From Octopus sinensis (taxonomy: Eukaryota): a stretch of DNA of 64,000 nt. This document shows positions 1 through 13,452 of this stretch, in pieces. The notes below the pieces were generated by a model. That model was given only the letters and a program-made list of their open reading frames with translations. It ran no database searches and was not told where the DNA came from. Location: positions 154,008,001-154,072,000 of the forward strand of contig NC_042999.1 of assembly GCF_006345805.1 (NCBI RefSeq). The letters run 5' to 3'. A program made the position numbers and the translations under genes. The stretch's first letter is position 1, and every line of letters starts with the position of its first letter.

Positions 1-1603
1 CCATCTCAACAAAACTGCACCAGCTGCAATTCTTTATTTTCTGATTTTCTTTTCAATCATACAGAAGTGACTGCTTCTTTCTCTCAAAGACACCAATCTC
101 ATCAACTACCAACATAATTTATCCTCAAAAAAGGTTTGGTACTACGTTTAAAGAAAAGAGAAAAAAAATTACAATGGAAAGTGGTGGTGGAATGGCTTCC
201 ATTGTTTCGCCCATTAGACTGTGGCCATGCTGGGGCACCGCATTGAAGAACTTTAGTCAAACAAATTGACCCGGCATTTTTTTTTTTCTTGTTTTAAACC
301 TGGTACTTATTTTATCAGTCTCTTCCAGTGTTTTACTCGTACTCTGAAAGGATGAAAAGCAAAGTCGACCTCGGCAGAATTGAACTCAGAACGTAAAAAC
401 AGACAAAATACCACTAAGCATTTTGTCCAGTATGCTGGCGATTCTGCCAGCTCACTGCCTTAATAATATCAATAATAATAATAATAATAATAATAAATTC
501 AAATTTTGCCACAAGGGCAGCAATTTTGTGTGTGGGGGAGGGGACAAATTGATTACATTGACCTCAGTGTTCAAGCGGTATGTATTTTATCGACCCCAAA
601 AGGATGAAAGGCAAAGTCGACCTCAGTGGAATTTGAACTCAGACCGTAGTAGTGGATGAAAAACAGTTAAGCATTTTGTCCAGCACGCTAACGTTTCTGC
701 CAGCTCACTGCCTTTACAAAACAAGACCCAACCAGAGTCAAGGCAAATAATGATAATTCCCAGAATTATTTGACTACATTTTAAAACTGGAATAAAGTTA
801 GTGTGTTACAAATAGAAAACAAAGGAAAAAATACAATTGAGAGAGAGAGAGAGAAAGAGAGATGATGAAATTCATCTTAATTTGTTCGCTGACCTTTTCC
901 AAAAATGTTTCAATCTAGGTACTTTTGTGTTTTTTTTTTAGGAACAACTGTTTCAATTACGTTCATTTGTAACATAAAAATCAATGCTGAATGATCAGTT
1001 GAATCCAAATTTCTTCATTTACTGATTCAACCATTTACTTCATTTAATGCTAAACCTGTAATCTATGCTCAGTGATGGTTGACTAATATGGGACGAAGGG
1101 AACACTGCTGATCGCCAGGTAGTCACCATTCCTTAGCATTTATGTTCCATGCTGGCATGGGTTGGATACTTTGACAGGATCCAACAAGTCCAATGACTGT
1201 ATTGTGCTCTACCATCTACTTCGACATGGTTTCTCTGGCTGGATGTCCTTCCTGATACCAACCACTCTCCTTGTTTATCCTTCCTATAAGAAGAAGAGCA
1301 CATGCTTAAAAAATAAAACACATTGCCTTCATTTTTCCCATTTCTTGAGCACAATAATCTAAAACCTTCTGTGCTTGCTTGTTTCTTTTTACTTAGCACC
1401 AAATAAAAAACACTGGTGATAGTGCCACATAGAAAGTATCCAGAACACAGTAAAGTGGTTGGTGTTAGGAAGAGCATCCAGCTGTAGAAATCATGCCAAA
1501 ACAGACTATGGAATTTGGTGTGGCCCTCAACCATCCAAATTATGCCAGCATGGAAAACAGATGTTAAATAATGATGTGTATACATGTGCACATATAAACA
1601 CAC

Positions 1604-1654
<51 letters not shown>

Positions 1655-4600
1655 ATATATATATAATGTGCTTCTGTACAGTTTCCATCAACCAAATTCT
1701 AATCACAAGGCACTAGTCAATTCAATATGATGCTGGAGCTGAAGACATTTGTCCTAAGTGCAGCACAGTGGTATTTGAACCCTGAACCTAGTGACGGTGA
1801 CCAGAACAGTTTACATCACCAACAAGTCATTTGATCAGAGATTAGTAGCAACAACAACAGCAACAAGGGTCAACAGAGGAACCCCCTCGAGTACAAAACA
1901 AGTAAATATAAGTATCTCAGATAACACAGGTTAACATTTACCAAGGTATGATATTATAAGCAGTTAGAGCTAAACAGAAATCAAATCACATCAGTGCTGC
2001 TATCATATCTGTAAATAAATTATCGAAAAATAACAGGATGTCATCATAGCAGAAAAACTGGTTACACAAACATTCTCACATCTGACCTTTCAGTCAGCTG
2101 TTGTAACACAGGCAAAAAAAAATTTTAGCGAAGGTCGTTGTACATGGTAGAGTTTGCAAGAACAATGAGCAAAGGACATTGCAGTGTTTAGTTGTTCTTT
2201 TATTTGTTTCAGTCAATTGACTGTGGCCATGCTAGAGTACCACCTTTTAGTCAAGCAAGTCAACCCCAGGACTTAGTCTTTGTAAGTTTGGTAATTATTC
2301 TATTAGTCTCTTGTGCTGAATCGCTAAGTTGTTTCCATCTACCAAATCCACTCACAAGGTTACAGTTAGTCCAAAGCTATAGTAGAAGACACTTACCCAA
2401 GGCGTCATGAAGTGGGACTGAACCCAGAACCATGTGGTTGATAAGCAAGCTTCTTACCACACAGCCACACCTGCACCTATATGCAATGATATTGAGATTT
2501 CAAGCTCAAATCCTTCTGAAGTCTACTGTCTCCCATCATCCTTCAACAGGTCAGTAAGACAAGTTACAGTCAACAACCGGCACTCCATCAGTTACAATGA
2601 CAAGTGTTGCAGTTAATCTGTTTAATGGAACAGCCAGCTCATGAAATTAACATGCAAGTGGCTGAATACTCCATAGACACACTTATCCTTAACGTAGTTC
2701 TCAGGGAGATTCAGCAGGACACAGAATGTGACAAGGTTGGCCTTTTAAAATACAACTCATTTTTGCCTGCTGTGTAGACTGGAGCAATGTGAAATGGAGC
2801 GTCTTGCTTAAGGACATGATGCACCGCAGGGAATTGAACTCCCAACCTTGCAATCATGAATCAAATCCCCTAACCACTAAGACATGTGCCTCAACCAAGT
2901 TACCATCAAACAGGAAGATGAACCTCATCAATATCATCCCCATAATTTTGCAGCCAAAGTTAGGCTGTTTTGTTTAATACCTTTTATTCTATAATATTTT
3001 GAGAGCTAGATGCTCATTCTGTAGCCAACCATCAGCTATTTTTCAAGTAAGGGATTTTCTTTTTCACTCCAGAGGAATTAGAAAGTGGACCCTTTGTTGA
3101 TACATAGTATCAACACCCATCCCCATCACCTGTTACCATAACAGCACACACACACAAACACACATTAATCCATGCATATATATCTATGTACATATGTGTG
3201 TGGACACATCTATGTGCATGTGAGTGTATGTATATTTGTGTCTTCTTGACTTGACATCATGTGATAGTTGTAAATGAGCATCACTGTCATACAAGCTGGG
3301 TTATTCATTTCCAATATCCTGCTTAAGTATGCCATGCCATGATGAATTATCTTACATGGAAACCAAATTGAGTTGGTGACAGGAAGAGCAAACAGTTAGA
3401 GAAAATCTGCCTCAGCAAATGGCCCAACTCGCACAGGCATAGACAACAGGCATTAAAACAGTAATGGTGATGAGCATGCATAAAACCACCATCTGAACAT
3501 GGTCGATGCCAGTGCCGCCTGACTGGCTCCTGTGCCAATGACACGTAAGAAGCACCATCCAAACTTGATTGTTGCCAGGCTCGCCTGACTTGGCTCCCAT
3601 ACCAGTGGCACATAAAAAGCATGAACCAAATGTGGATGAAGCCAGTAACCCAAGACTGGCTCCTGTGCTGGGGGCACATAAAAAGTACCATATGAACGTG
3701 ATCATTGCCAGACCCACCTTACTAGCTCCTGTGCCAGTGACACATAAAAAGCACATACTACACTCTTGGAGTGGTTGGTGTCAGGAAGGGCATCCAGCTG
3801 TAGAAACATTGCCAGGCCAGATTGGAACCTGGTGCAGCTGCTGGCTTTCCAGACCTCAGTCAAACTGGCCAACCCATGCTAGCATGGAAAACAGATGTTA
3901 AGCAATGATGATGTTGATGATATACACTGCCCAGGTGTCAAAACCATAATGATATCAGTAGGGCAGCTGATGATGGATGCATGTTGGATTGTTTGTATGG
4001 CTGTTTTTGTATATGTGGAATAGCATGAGCTGGACAGTTCAACAAGAGCTGGCATGTGGAAGAGCATCACTAGGTTCTGTCGTCTGTTTTGCATGGTTTC
4101 TACAGCTGGGTACCCTTCCAAATGCCAACCACTTTACAAAATGTACTGGGTACTTTTTATATTATATTATATAAGGGAGTTACTTGATTACATCAACCCC
4201 AGTGTTCAAATGGAACTTATTTTATTGACCTTGAAAGAATGAAGAGCAAAGTCAATTAAGGTAAATTTGAATTCAGGATGTAAAAAAACTGGCAGAAATA
4301 CTTCAAAGCATTTTGTCTGAAATGGTAGCTTACTGCCTTGATGAGAATAAAAAGAATAATAACAACAATAGTAATATAACAAATCACAACAATAATTCAT
4401 ACACACATGCATATGTCATGCCAAATAAGAAAACAAGAAAAATAGATATGGATAAAAAAAAAAAAAAAGAGGCTGTTTAAATGTTAGCAGAAAGGCATCA
4501 ATTCATAAAGGAAAATCAAAGAAAAACATGCCAGAATAATGCCAGGATTCAACAGAGGAGACAAGAAGTCTGTGGACAATGCAATTGGAAAGAGTGATAC

Positions 4601-5454
4601 AAGGGTAGAAGAGAAACTTGTAGAGCCATTTTGCAAACCATCTCATTAGTGTAGGACAAAATACAATTCTAAAAGTGAATTTGTAAATGTAGAGACAATT
4701 AAATACAGTTTTGAGCTAAATTCCAATGCTGAACAAATTTTGCCTTTAACAAGGTTCTTAGTAATAAGAAAAGATAACAAACACACAGAAATAAATTGCC
4801 ATTCAATCCCATGCTGGTTGGAGGGGTTGGGTGGTCAACCCAAGGCTATAGTACAAGATACTGCAGCAGGAGACATGTTCAAGATACCACACAGTTGGAC
4901 TGAACTTCAAACCACATGTTTAGGAAGATAACTTCTTCCCCACACAGCCATGTAGATATCATCATCATCATCAACATTTTAATATCTGGTTTTCCATAGG
5001 CCAGAAAAATTCACTGAGGTAGATTGTCAATAGCGGTATGCTCTTCTTGCAGCTAACCCTCACCTGTTTCCAAGCAAGGTAACATTTTCCTTTGTACTTG
5101 GAACAGTATAATACCAGCCATGTTTCTATGGAAGAATGCAAGCATATGGTACATTTGTCTACACAAGGTGTGATTTCAAACAGACATACATTTCATAGCT
5201 ACATGTACATATATACGCCCATAATGAGTTTATGCTATACACATACAGGCTTCTTTCAGTTTCCAGCTACCAAATTTACTCATGAGGCATTGGTCAACCC
5301 AGGGCTAGAGTAGAAGACACTTGCCCAAGGCACTGCACAGTGCGACTAGACCCAAGGCAACATGGTTGCAAAACAGACTTTTTAACCTTAAAGTTATGCT
5401 TGCACACACACACACACTATATATATATATGTAAAAGATTGTCTCTCTGTGTGT

Positions 5455-5582
5455 ATAGTGTTCACAGGGAGGTGAAGCAACCACGAAGGTATCATGTGTT
5501 GGCAGGATACAGTAGATATATCTACAGTATCCTACCAACATACGATACCTTCATGGTTGTTTCACCTCCCTGTGAACCCTAT
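5455..5582. repeat. Spacerless imperfect palindrome, 128 bp
   Basis: 59-bp arms 5460-5518 and 5519-5577 with 6 mismatches, extending 4 further bp after one mismatch. Confidence 0.92.
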
Positions 5583-6000
5583 GCAATTGTACCTAGACAT
5601 TTTCTGGCCTCCTATGTGTTGATATGCCTGGATTCCAATGAATCCTTCAACTAATCTCTCTCTCCATATCTATGCGTGTGTGTGTGTGCACATGTATTAT
5701 ATAAATACATATATACACTCACACACATGCACGCACAGCACACCCACACACGTGTTCAAATGTCAAGTATGATATTAGATGTAACAGGAATGAAAAACCT
5801 AAATTGTCAAATCACCTGAAAAGCTGAAGCTAAAAGGTCAGCCCTAACACTCACCCTTAACTTTTCAGCTGGATAAGTGCTGCCACTGCTGCTGATGATG
5901 ATGATAGCAGTAGATAAAATCAGCCAGAAATATTTTTAGGGATGTCTTCTAGTATCAAAACTAATCCAACTTTCTCATATTTTTGTAACCTACAAGTATT

Positions 6001-6032
<32 letters not shown>

Positions 6033-6659
6033 ACTGCCATATCATGTCAGAAACTTATTAATTATATTCTTTCCCTCTAATACAGTGGAAGTGGTTGTCT
6101 TGGATGAAAGGGATACTAGCGTCCTTGCATTACCCAGTTGATTTAGGGAGTGAGAAATAGAATGGAACAAAACTGAAAGGCAAAGTTGACTTCAGCAGGA
6201 TTTGAACTCAGTAAACAAAGTGCCAGTACAAAAACACTGTAAATAATTCATTTGGTGCTCCACTGATTCTGTGGATTGACTGCTCTACATAAGGACTTAA
6301 CAGGCTATTACGGAACAAAACACATTTCCTTTAGAGATTGATAGAGTTAAGTACTGGTTGAGCACCAGGGCCGATGTAATCGACATTTTCTACCCCAAAA
6401 GTGCTGGGTTTGTGTCAAACTTTGAAATCAATATTTTCATCATCATCATCATCATCATTTAGCTTCCATACTGGGATGGGTTGGATGGTTACACAGGAAC
6501 TGATGAGTAAGAAAACTGCGTATGGCACCTACAACTTCTTTGGCATGGGCTCTTTGGCTCAACGCCCTTCATAACACTAACCTCTCTACAAGGTGTACTT
6601 TGTTTGGTGGTGGTAGTGGTGGTGGGGGTTCTGTGAGACTAGCACAAGTGATGATTAGG

Positions 6660-7090
6660 TTAAAGGTTACATTGTCGCAAAGATGATTCAATCACAAATT
6701 CTTACTGAATCATCTTTGCATCAACTTGCACTTCCTTGCAACAATGTAACTAATCAAGATATCCATGGCCTGAAGAGTAGCCAGCAGTATACACCTCGCT
6801 TGGATTTTACCACTTCTGAGGTTCCACTCACTATGAAACATAGTGGATTTTTCCTACTTCACACCATAATTCTTGTATTCTTTTTCACATACTTGGCAAC
6901 CCTCGTCGCCTACTGTGGAATATAAAAAGAACTTTTTCCTGCTCATTGTTCTTCGATAACAAAAAATAATCCGCAACCTTCCATTTCAATAAACTACTAT
7001 TGTTCCCAAAAGCCATTTCTTTTTATATTTACTACAGATTGCTCGAAGCTAACTTTCTCCTGACACCTTGATTCCTGGATCTTACATTTA
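6660..7090 (-). mobile_element. Highly decayed LINE reverse-transcriptase remnant
   Basis: Broken minus-strand peptides NGF, GLPS, IQELW, SEVVKSKRGV and ICD-IIFA occur in the order expected for RT motifs (xGF, GxP, IxxLY, RGVxQG, DLxFADD). There are many stops. Confidence 0.35.
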
Positions 7091-7715
7091 TATATATGAT
7101 TTAATGTACACAGTATAAAAATACAAGCTACCAATAGTTTTTTGCTGTGGAAACAAGTGTTTGGACAGATTTTTATAACATGCCTTGTATCTCCAAACAA
7201 ACTTCAGGCAATAATGGAGACAAAAGGTATGTTATACAAACCTTTCTATACATAAATTTCCACAGCCAGAAACCTATTAGAAGCTTGTACCTTTACAGCA
7301 TGTGAATTAAATGATGTTTATCTCTCAATGGATGGCGTACATTTATTGGTGATTTTACCTTAATGGAACAGTAAATTGTATGTGTGTAGTGAAAAAGTGA
7401 CAAAAAATACAACAAAGGTGGAAAATAAACGGGGTTGGTATTAGTTTGATGCTCAGGAAATGAGAATAAAAGAAGTTCGAACATCCACTCTTCTTCAGAA
7501 TGGTAGGACAGAGAAATAAAATTGTGTGTGTATGGTTGAAAACTGTACAAAAAAATAAAAGACAGAGAGAGGTGACAGAATAACAAACAAGGTGTATTTG
7601 TTTGACACTCAGGAAAAATGGAAGAGTCTTTGATGTTTTGAGCCTAGAAAGAGGAATGAGGTGAGAAAACAGATTGGAGAGAGAGGGGGGAAAAAGAAAA
7701 ACACGTGTGTGTGTG

Positions 7716-7785
<70 letters not shown>

Positions 7786-8479
7786 ACAATGAAGGCAGAA
7801 ACCAGAAATGTAAATGAAGAAATATAATAAAGAATTTGTTTCTAGCAAGCTCTGTTCATTTACAAGCAGCTGAAGAATAAATTAATTCAGAGCAACAGAA
7901 TGATTTAAAGCAAGAAACATCACTGACATTACCAGTTCTATATATCTAAGAGTGTGAAAGCTTTGGTGTGATTTACTGGAATATCTCTATCTTCACATAT
8001 AATACTATATAAGACTCTGTGTGTGTGTGTGTGTGCACGTGTTGGTGTCAGCCAGCTGATATCTTATGCTATTATTCATGTTGTAACGATTTCAATTTAA
8101 ATATGATAACTTTTAATATAAGGTAATATGACGTGGGTTGGGTAGGACGTTACTCAGTAAACATTTGTGTTGTTTAGTGATAAACAAAATGAGATTTTCA
8201 CTGAAGCACAAGCTGACAGATAGAGGAATTACACCAGTTGAGCAAGTGACAAGCAGGTATAACTTTTAGCCAAAACTTAATCCATGCAGCAATTTACCAA
8301 GGACATGTGGCAAATTGGATAATTTTGTTATTTACAATTGTTATGGCATGTTCATTTATTATATATTACTATCACCATTTCATTCCATGTTCTGTGCTGA
8401 TAAAGGAGGGGTGATGTGAAAGCTGTGTGCTGAAAGGAATTGTTTGGGGTTGGAATAATTCCCCCCTTGAAATATGGGC

Positions 8480-8755
8480 ATTTCACACATCATCCTTAAA
8501 CAACCCTTATTCAGGGACCATTTGAGCAGGATAAGCTACTTCACCTGAAGAAAATTCTAACTGGGCCCCACCTGCAAGTCATGCACTGTCTAACTTGATA
8601 TGAGATCACCATGTCATGCACATTTGGCCATGATGCATGTGCCTGATGTACCCTTACTGGACAAGATACTCATGATAGGTATATCAGGTTTTGTATATTT
8701 GTACCCCAGCGTTACTTTGATGGCATGTGCTGCTCTCTCACTCAATAATAATAAT
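8480..8755 (+). mobile_element. Retroposon-like 3' fragment ending in (AAT)n
   Basis: GC-richer block ending gatggcatgtgctgctctctcactcaataataataat. The assignment rests on recall of an octopus repeat; there is no second copy in the window. Confidence 0.45.
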
Positions 8756-9352
8756 TCCATAGTTATATATCAGTCTTCATAGATTCAGTAAAAGTAGTTG
8801 TACTTAAGGAAAACAACCAGCACTGTATAACAATACAGAATACTATGTTATACACAATATATACATGTAACCCTTTAGCATTTAAACTGGCTATATCCAC
8901 TGAAATACAACCTGTTTTGCATTCAAACCAGCAAGATCTGGCCTCTTAAACCTACCTCACAATGTCATTCTAAAAATAAGCAATTACATAATCAAAATTT
9001 CGAAGCTATGAGATTATGCATGATTAATTCAAAACAATGAGAATAAATAAACATTGCATTTGACAGAATGCTGAAGGATTAATATAAAATAAAATGATAA
9101 TATCAGACAATATGAATAAAGAAGTAAAATAGAATTTATAGAAGTGGTAAAAGAACAAAAGAGAAGGAAAAGAAACCGTGTGGCAATGTTACTTGCACGA
9201 AGCTAAAATGGAACTGAAGGAGAAGAGTAAAAAAAGAGAGAGACAGAGAGATAACTGAAGGATCTGAGAAGATGGGAAAGAGATATTGGAAGTCCATCAT
9301 TCTACAAGAATAAAAGGGGTATCATGCATCATAACTGTGCATTGTTACTTAC

Positions 9353-9367
9353 ACATTGCATCTTGAC
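9353..9367 (-). CDS. Candidate 15-nt microexon GTCAAGATGCAATGT
   Basis: Acceptor tattttatttttcctgcttgcaattccatccag, donor gtaagt, no stop in any frame. Confidence 0.3.
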
Positions 9368-10445
9368 CTGGATGGAATTGCAAGCAGGAAAAATAAAATA
9401 TACAACTGATAATAATGGGCAAATACTGTCTCTGAGTGCAATAAAAAAGATAGTTTTTGCTTTTATGGTAAGGTTCATTTAGGGAGTTAAAGCTTAAAGC
9501 TAAGGGTCAAAAACATTGTAGGTAAGATATAAGATTCTGCAAATATATTCTTTTTTTTTTTAACTGCAAATGTGAGAATTCATTAGATACACACACGTGC
9601 AGATACACACTCAAAAAGAAGGCATTAAGCTTAACCCAAAAAAATTTTCAAGGATTTCACAAACTGAAATTTCTGTAATGTGTGTATGTCTATATAGGTG
9701 TAGTCATAGTTGAATGTTTAAGAAGTTCGCTTTGTGACCATGTGGGTTCAAGTTCAGTCCCACTGCACAGTACCTTGGGCAAGTGCCTTCTGCTACAGCC
9801 AAGATCCGACAAATGTTTTGTGGATAGTAAGATGACCATTTCATATACATCACCATTATCATATATGCACGTGTTAAGAGAGGACCTTGTACATCCTCCA
9901 CATCACTGAAAGTGGACTAACAGTTCCCAATAAAATAAGAACTGTGTGAACTGTCAGGAGCAGGTGACAGTGTTGGTTGACCGTATGGGTTACTGTGTTA
10001 GAGCAACATGTGTTGGTTTAATATCATACCTACATTCAAGTAGTGTAGAGTGCATTCCATGTGAACATAATTCACTGATTGGTTGCCACCGGCACAGGTG
10101 CCAGGGGAGGCTGGCAACGACCACGATCGTGCCGGTGGCACGTAAAAGGCACCCACTACACTAAAAGAGGTTGGCATTAGGAAGGGCATCAAGCTGTAGA
10201 AACACTGCCAGATCAGACTGGAGTCTGGTGCAGCCTCCTGGCTTCCCAGGCCCAGTTGCACTGTCGAACCCATGCTAGCATGGAAAACGGATGCTAAACG
10301 ATGATGATGATGACTTCTAAATATTTATTTGGGTAACCCGACATGTACACACACGTCATAACTATGTTAAATAATAATTTAAAATTTGGATATACACCTC
10401 GTAGTATGCCATTCTGAGCCAGTGAATGGGCATTAAACGGCATAC

Positions 10446-10505
10446 CTGATGTCATCAACAGCATGAATATATGTTGCTTGATTTGCTTCAAAAATCCCTT
10501 CATGT
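10446..10505 (-). CDS. Candidate coding exon (60 nt, phase 2 to 2): HEGIFEANQATYIHAVDDI
   Basis: Acceptor ctctcatatttcgtaaattctacag, donor CAG|gtatgc, frame-preserving. It joins the 51-nt exon without a stop. A second frame is also open. Confidence 0.5.
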
Positions 10506-11201
10506 CTGTAGAATTTACGAAATATGAGAGTAAGGAAATTAAATTCATGAAACTCTTTATTATTCACTACAATTGTTTCAACCCATCATGCATCAGTGAC
10601 CTGTGGATGAGATGCTGTGCAGTCATGGTGCATCACAGATGCAGGTGTTTTCTCCATACGAAAGTATGGAAAGTAACATTGACCTTGGCCAAATTTGAAC
10701 TCAGAACCATAAAGCCAGAGAAATGCTGTTAAGCATTGTCCCCAACATGCCAACAATTCTGCAAGCTTACCATAACAATAATAGTGCCAAGAACAAGAGC
10801 AATGATTTTAATGCCAAATGTAAAATATTCATGATGAACTCAGCAAGACAATAAATATTGGCAGAATTCTTCCTTCTTGAACAAAAAAATAATCTTATTC
10901 ATTAGTTTCTAAATTTGAAGAATAGCATAAACCAGAACAACATTTTCCTTCGATGATTTTAGCATTCATTTATGAGATTCGAAGAGATTCAAGAATTAAT
11001 TTTATTTGAGTATGTTTCTGTATGCATAAAAGTAGAGAAAATGGTGTTTCAATTACAAAAGGAGGCAAGTTTGATGGTTGGTGTCTTGCCAGTCAAGAGG
11101 TCAATTTTGATATTTGTTTCCTCAGGGATCCAATAAAGAACGAAATTATTCCTTCGACTTGTTTCCTTGATTTCACAAGCCTTATTTGGGTCATGCCATA
11201 A

Positions 11202-11235
<34 letters not shown>

Positions 11236-11300
11236 TTATGGCATATATATATGGGGAAAAAAAGTCAAGACAGAAAATGCTAAAATAATTTTATAAAAAA

Positions 11301-11350
11301 CATTTCAGTACCGGTTTCAGTCATTGATGAGACTTTTTCAACTGTAACAA
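11301..11350 (-). ncRNA. Hammerhead-like motif with U3-A8 core variant in a (TA)n-flanked element (about 11245-11505)
   Basis: Minus strand reads CAG TTGAAAA AGTC tcatcaat GACT GAAA CCGG TA CTG, with palindromic stem III ACCGGT. Confidence 0.55.
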
Positions 11351-12624
11351 TTAAATAATTAAATTTAGAAAAATTAAAAGAAAAGTTTTTTAAATTTAAT
11401 ATTTGTATAGTGTTCAAATACAAGTGGCATTTTCCTTGTTTCTGCCTGTCTCTGTCTCTTGTTTACTCTTGTGGGTTCGAGGTCCTTGTGTGGGTTCGAG
11501 GTCCTATATATATATATATTATATATATATATATATATAATATATATATATATGTGCGTGTGTGTGTGTGTGTTGTGTGTGTGTGTGTATTGTAGAAGTA
11601 AGAATCAAAGTTATGTAAATTGAATTCATATATATATTTATTCAGCCCTAGACTCAACATGCATGAATTTCTGTTTTATTTTTCAGAAAATGTTTCAGGT
11701 TCTCAACTCTATCCAAAATGATTCTGGATAGAGTTAAGAATCAGCTTCCACATCCATTGAAACTTTTTCTGAAAAATACCCCCCCCCCTCTTATTAGCTT
11801 CCATTCTGACATGGAGTCTATTCTGACATATGAGTCTATGTCTGTGTGTGTGTGTGTGTGTGTTTATACCTCACCACCATCACTCGACAACTGATGTTGG
11901 TTTCTAGCTACGATGCCGTGCAGGTAACTACTTTTATTGGACAGGAAACTACTTTTATTGGAAGCAAGCTTATCACCCATAAAGCAACATATACTCCAGC
12001 CTTAACCTTGGCTCAATATCTAGTGATGACAGCTATAAAGGTATTAATCAATTATGATGCTCGTCAAGGGATTTGATTCTGAAGGTAAAACTAGTTTTGA
12101 TTTCTCATTCTCGAAATGGAATACCAAGACATTGATCAAATTAAATCTCCTCTTAAATTATTATACATAATGCATTTATTAATAAATAAAAATAACAAGC
12201 AACAAATTAGAACAACAAAGTTAACAACAGTTGTTAACAAAAGGAATTTAAGAAATAAAAGAAATCAATATAAAAAATAATAATAAATGTATTGAAATGA
12301 CTGATCGACATTTAGGTAGGGTTTTCACTTAACGAAGTTCTTTGGGGGGGGGGGGGTAAAGGAGTCTGATGTTAGATTGATTATGTGATGGAATAGTGGG
12401 TGTCTGTGAGTGGGTAGGTAGGGTGATGATAGTGGTGAGGTGTGTGGGGTGGGGGTGAGGGCGGGATCAGAAAGGATGGATGTTCAGTTCTAATTCATGG
12501 CAGAAGTTTAATTGTTGCCCAAATTTAATGAAATGATGGAGAATAATTTAATTATATTTGATTCATTAATGGTAGTAGCGTCATTGATAGCTTTGTTGTG
12601 CGTGATTAGTGAAGAAGCACTGAG

Positions 12625-12832
12625 AGAGATGAAGAGAGCAAGAGAGAGAAAAAGAGTAGGAGTAAAAAAGAGTAAGATGAAGAAGAGAGAAGAAAAAGGA
12701 GAGAGAAAGAAAAAGAGAAGAGAGAGTAAAAAAGAGAGGGACAAAGAGAGAAATAAGAGAAAAGGGAGAAAGAGAGGGAAGAAAGAAAGAGTGGAGAGAA
12801 AAGAGGAGAAAAAGAAAAAAGAGAGATAGAAA
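12625..12832. repeat. About 200-bp purine-rich (GA/AAG) low-complexity tract
   Basis: Almost only A and G on the plus strand; it produces the K/R/E-rich ORF 12512-12829. Confidence 0.9.
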
Positions 12833-13452
12833 GGTGTGTATGTGTGTATTTTGAAAGATTTGTAATTAAATCAGAGTTCAAGTGGATCTCAAAATGCACA
12901 ATTGTTGGATAATTCTATTCCTCTGATCCTATCTTTGGTATGTAAATGCAATCCTGGTGTGTAGACATTGTCATAGCCTGTGCAGTATATCCACATCATC
13001 ATCCTCATCATTTAACATCCATCTTCCATGCTGGTATGGATTGGATGGTTCGACAGGAGCTGGCAAGCCAGAGCACTGCCCAGGTTACAACTGTCTCTTC
13101 TGAGAGGATTTCTACACCCTTTCCTAATGTCAACCACTTTACAGATTGTGCAGAATATGTTAACTGATTACTGGATAGAAAAGACCAAAGTTGTGATTGG
13201 CAACAGAGAGCACTATATTAATATGTGCCATTACTTTTCCTTGCTAACAGTCTGATCTGGCTGTAGAAAGCCAGGCCAAATTGGACTGGGGTTTGGTGCA
13301 GCCTTTCAGCATGCCAGCCCAGTCAAACCGTCCAACCCATTCCAGCATGGATAACAGATGTATAATGATGATGATAAACATAGGTCAGACAGAGTTATTG
13401 AAACAGATTTTGTATGTTTGGATGCATTTCCTGTTACCAACCCTCGCAAGTA

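Noticed and set aside
12446-12465. G-quadruplex motif GGGGTGGGGGTGAGGGCGGG
   Set aside because: The pattern is real but isolated in low-complexity sequence, with no contextual evidence of function.
12512-12899. K/R/E-rich and antisense S/L/F-rich ORFs
   Set aside because: Product of a GA-rich low-complexity tract.
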